Below are positions 63,554-64,000 of a DNA stretch of 64,000 nt, in pieces. Source of the stretch: Antedon mediterranea (lineage: Eukaryota > Animalia > Echinodermata); NCBI RefSeq assembly GCF_964355755.1, contig NC_092673.1, positions 2,356,001 through 2,420,000 on the forward strand, read 5' to 3'. How positions within the stretch are numbered: the first letter of the stretch is position 1; every line of letters starts with the position of its first letter. The position numbers and the translations under genes were made by a program. Below the pieces are notes generated by a model, which saw only the letters and a program-made list of their open reading frames with translations, was not told the origin of the DNA and made no database searches.

Positions 63554-63741
63554 AGCTTGGTTCCCACTAGCAACGCAACGTAACAAAATGCTCATCCAAT
63601 CATTGTGTTTGCCCCCGCCTGCGTGAAATCAAACCTACGAAGTTTGCAGCACTGTTGCGTGGTCGCTTCCCACTTGTGATTACGCAATACAGCACTTTGC
63701 GTCGATACGTCGCTGCGTTGTGTTCTAGTGGGAACCACGCT
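63554..63741. mobile_element. MITE family D
   Basis: Family D TIRs. Confidence 0.75.
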
Positions 63742-63749
63742 TTAGTAAT

Positions 63750-63860
63750 CGCATTAACACACGTTGAAACACCGGTTCTCGTTAGATCACTGAAGTTAAG
63801 CAAAGTTGGACCCGGTTAAAGCTTGGATGGGAGACCATATGGCAATACTGGGTGCTGTAT
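63750..63860 (+). pseudogene. Degenerate 5S rRNA sequence (pseudogene or SINE3 head)
   Basis: CACGTTGAAACACCGGTTCTCGTTAGATCACTGAAGTTAAGCAA..CCCGGTTA..CTTGGATGGGAGACC..AATACTGGGTGCTGT follows metazoan 5S rRNA with several substitutions; no T-run terminator. Confidence 0.8.
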
Positions 63861-64000
63861 ATAGCTGGGGGTCCCATTAGGCATTTGAAATCAGCACTGC
63901 TGACTCTTATGGCAGCCCCTGCATCTAGTATCTGCCTCAGACGTATTGGCTTATGCCTCTCCTGGTTAAGGTGGGCACTGGACAAGAGAAACCCTTGGTC

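Overview
AT-rich, intron-containing invertebrate animal DNA, not prokaryotic. An FN3-bearing FGFR-like receptor suggests an echinoderm, but this is inference. Minus strand: a complete multi-exon PUS1 (TruA-family tRNA pseudouridine synthase, CDS 10704->4975). It has two tandem paralogous 129-bp exons only 37 bp apart (predicted mutually exclusive, covering the RTY active-site motif), a U12-type intron and two in-frame start codons. Directly upstream on the same strand is an intact, intronless GPAA1 ORF (13412->11469) that appears to lie in the PUS1 5' region and may share its promoter or first exon. Plus strand, diverging from a promoter with CCAAT and CTCF-like motifs: an FGFR-like receptor tyrosine kinase (CDS 17946-42788; signal-FN3-3xIg-TM-kinase) with a cysteine-less third Ig domain interrupted by candidate micro-exons. 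A tandem paralogue follows, of which only the 5' part is in the window (55251 onward). Introns and intergenic DNA carry many MITEs (one family seeds 21-bp minisatellites), tRNA- and 5S-derived SINE-like elements, a LINE 3' end and Penelope-type minimal hammerhead ribozymes. All exon boundaries were read by eye and are unverified by transcript data.
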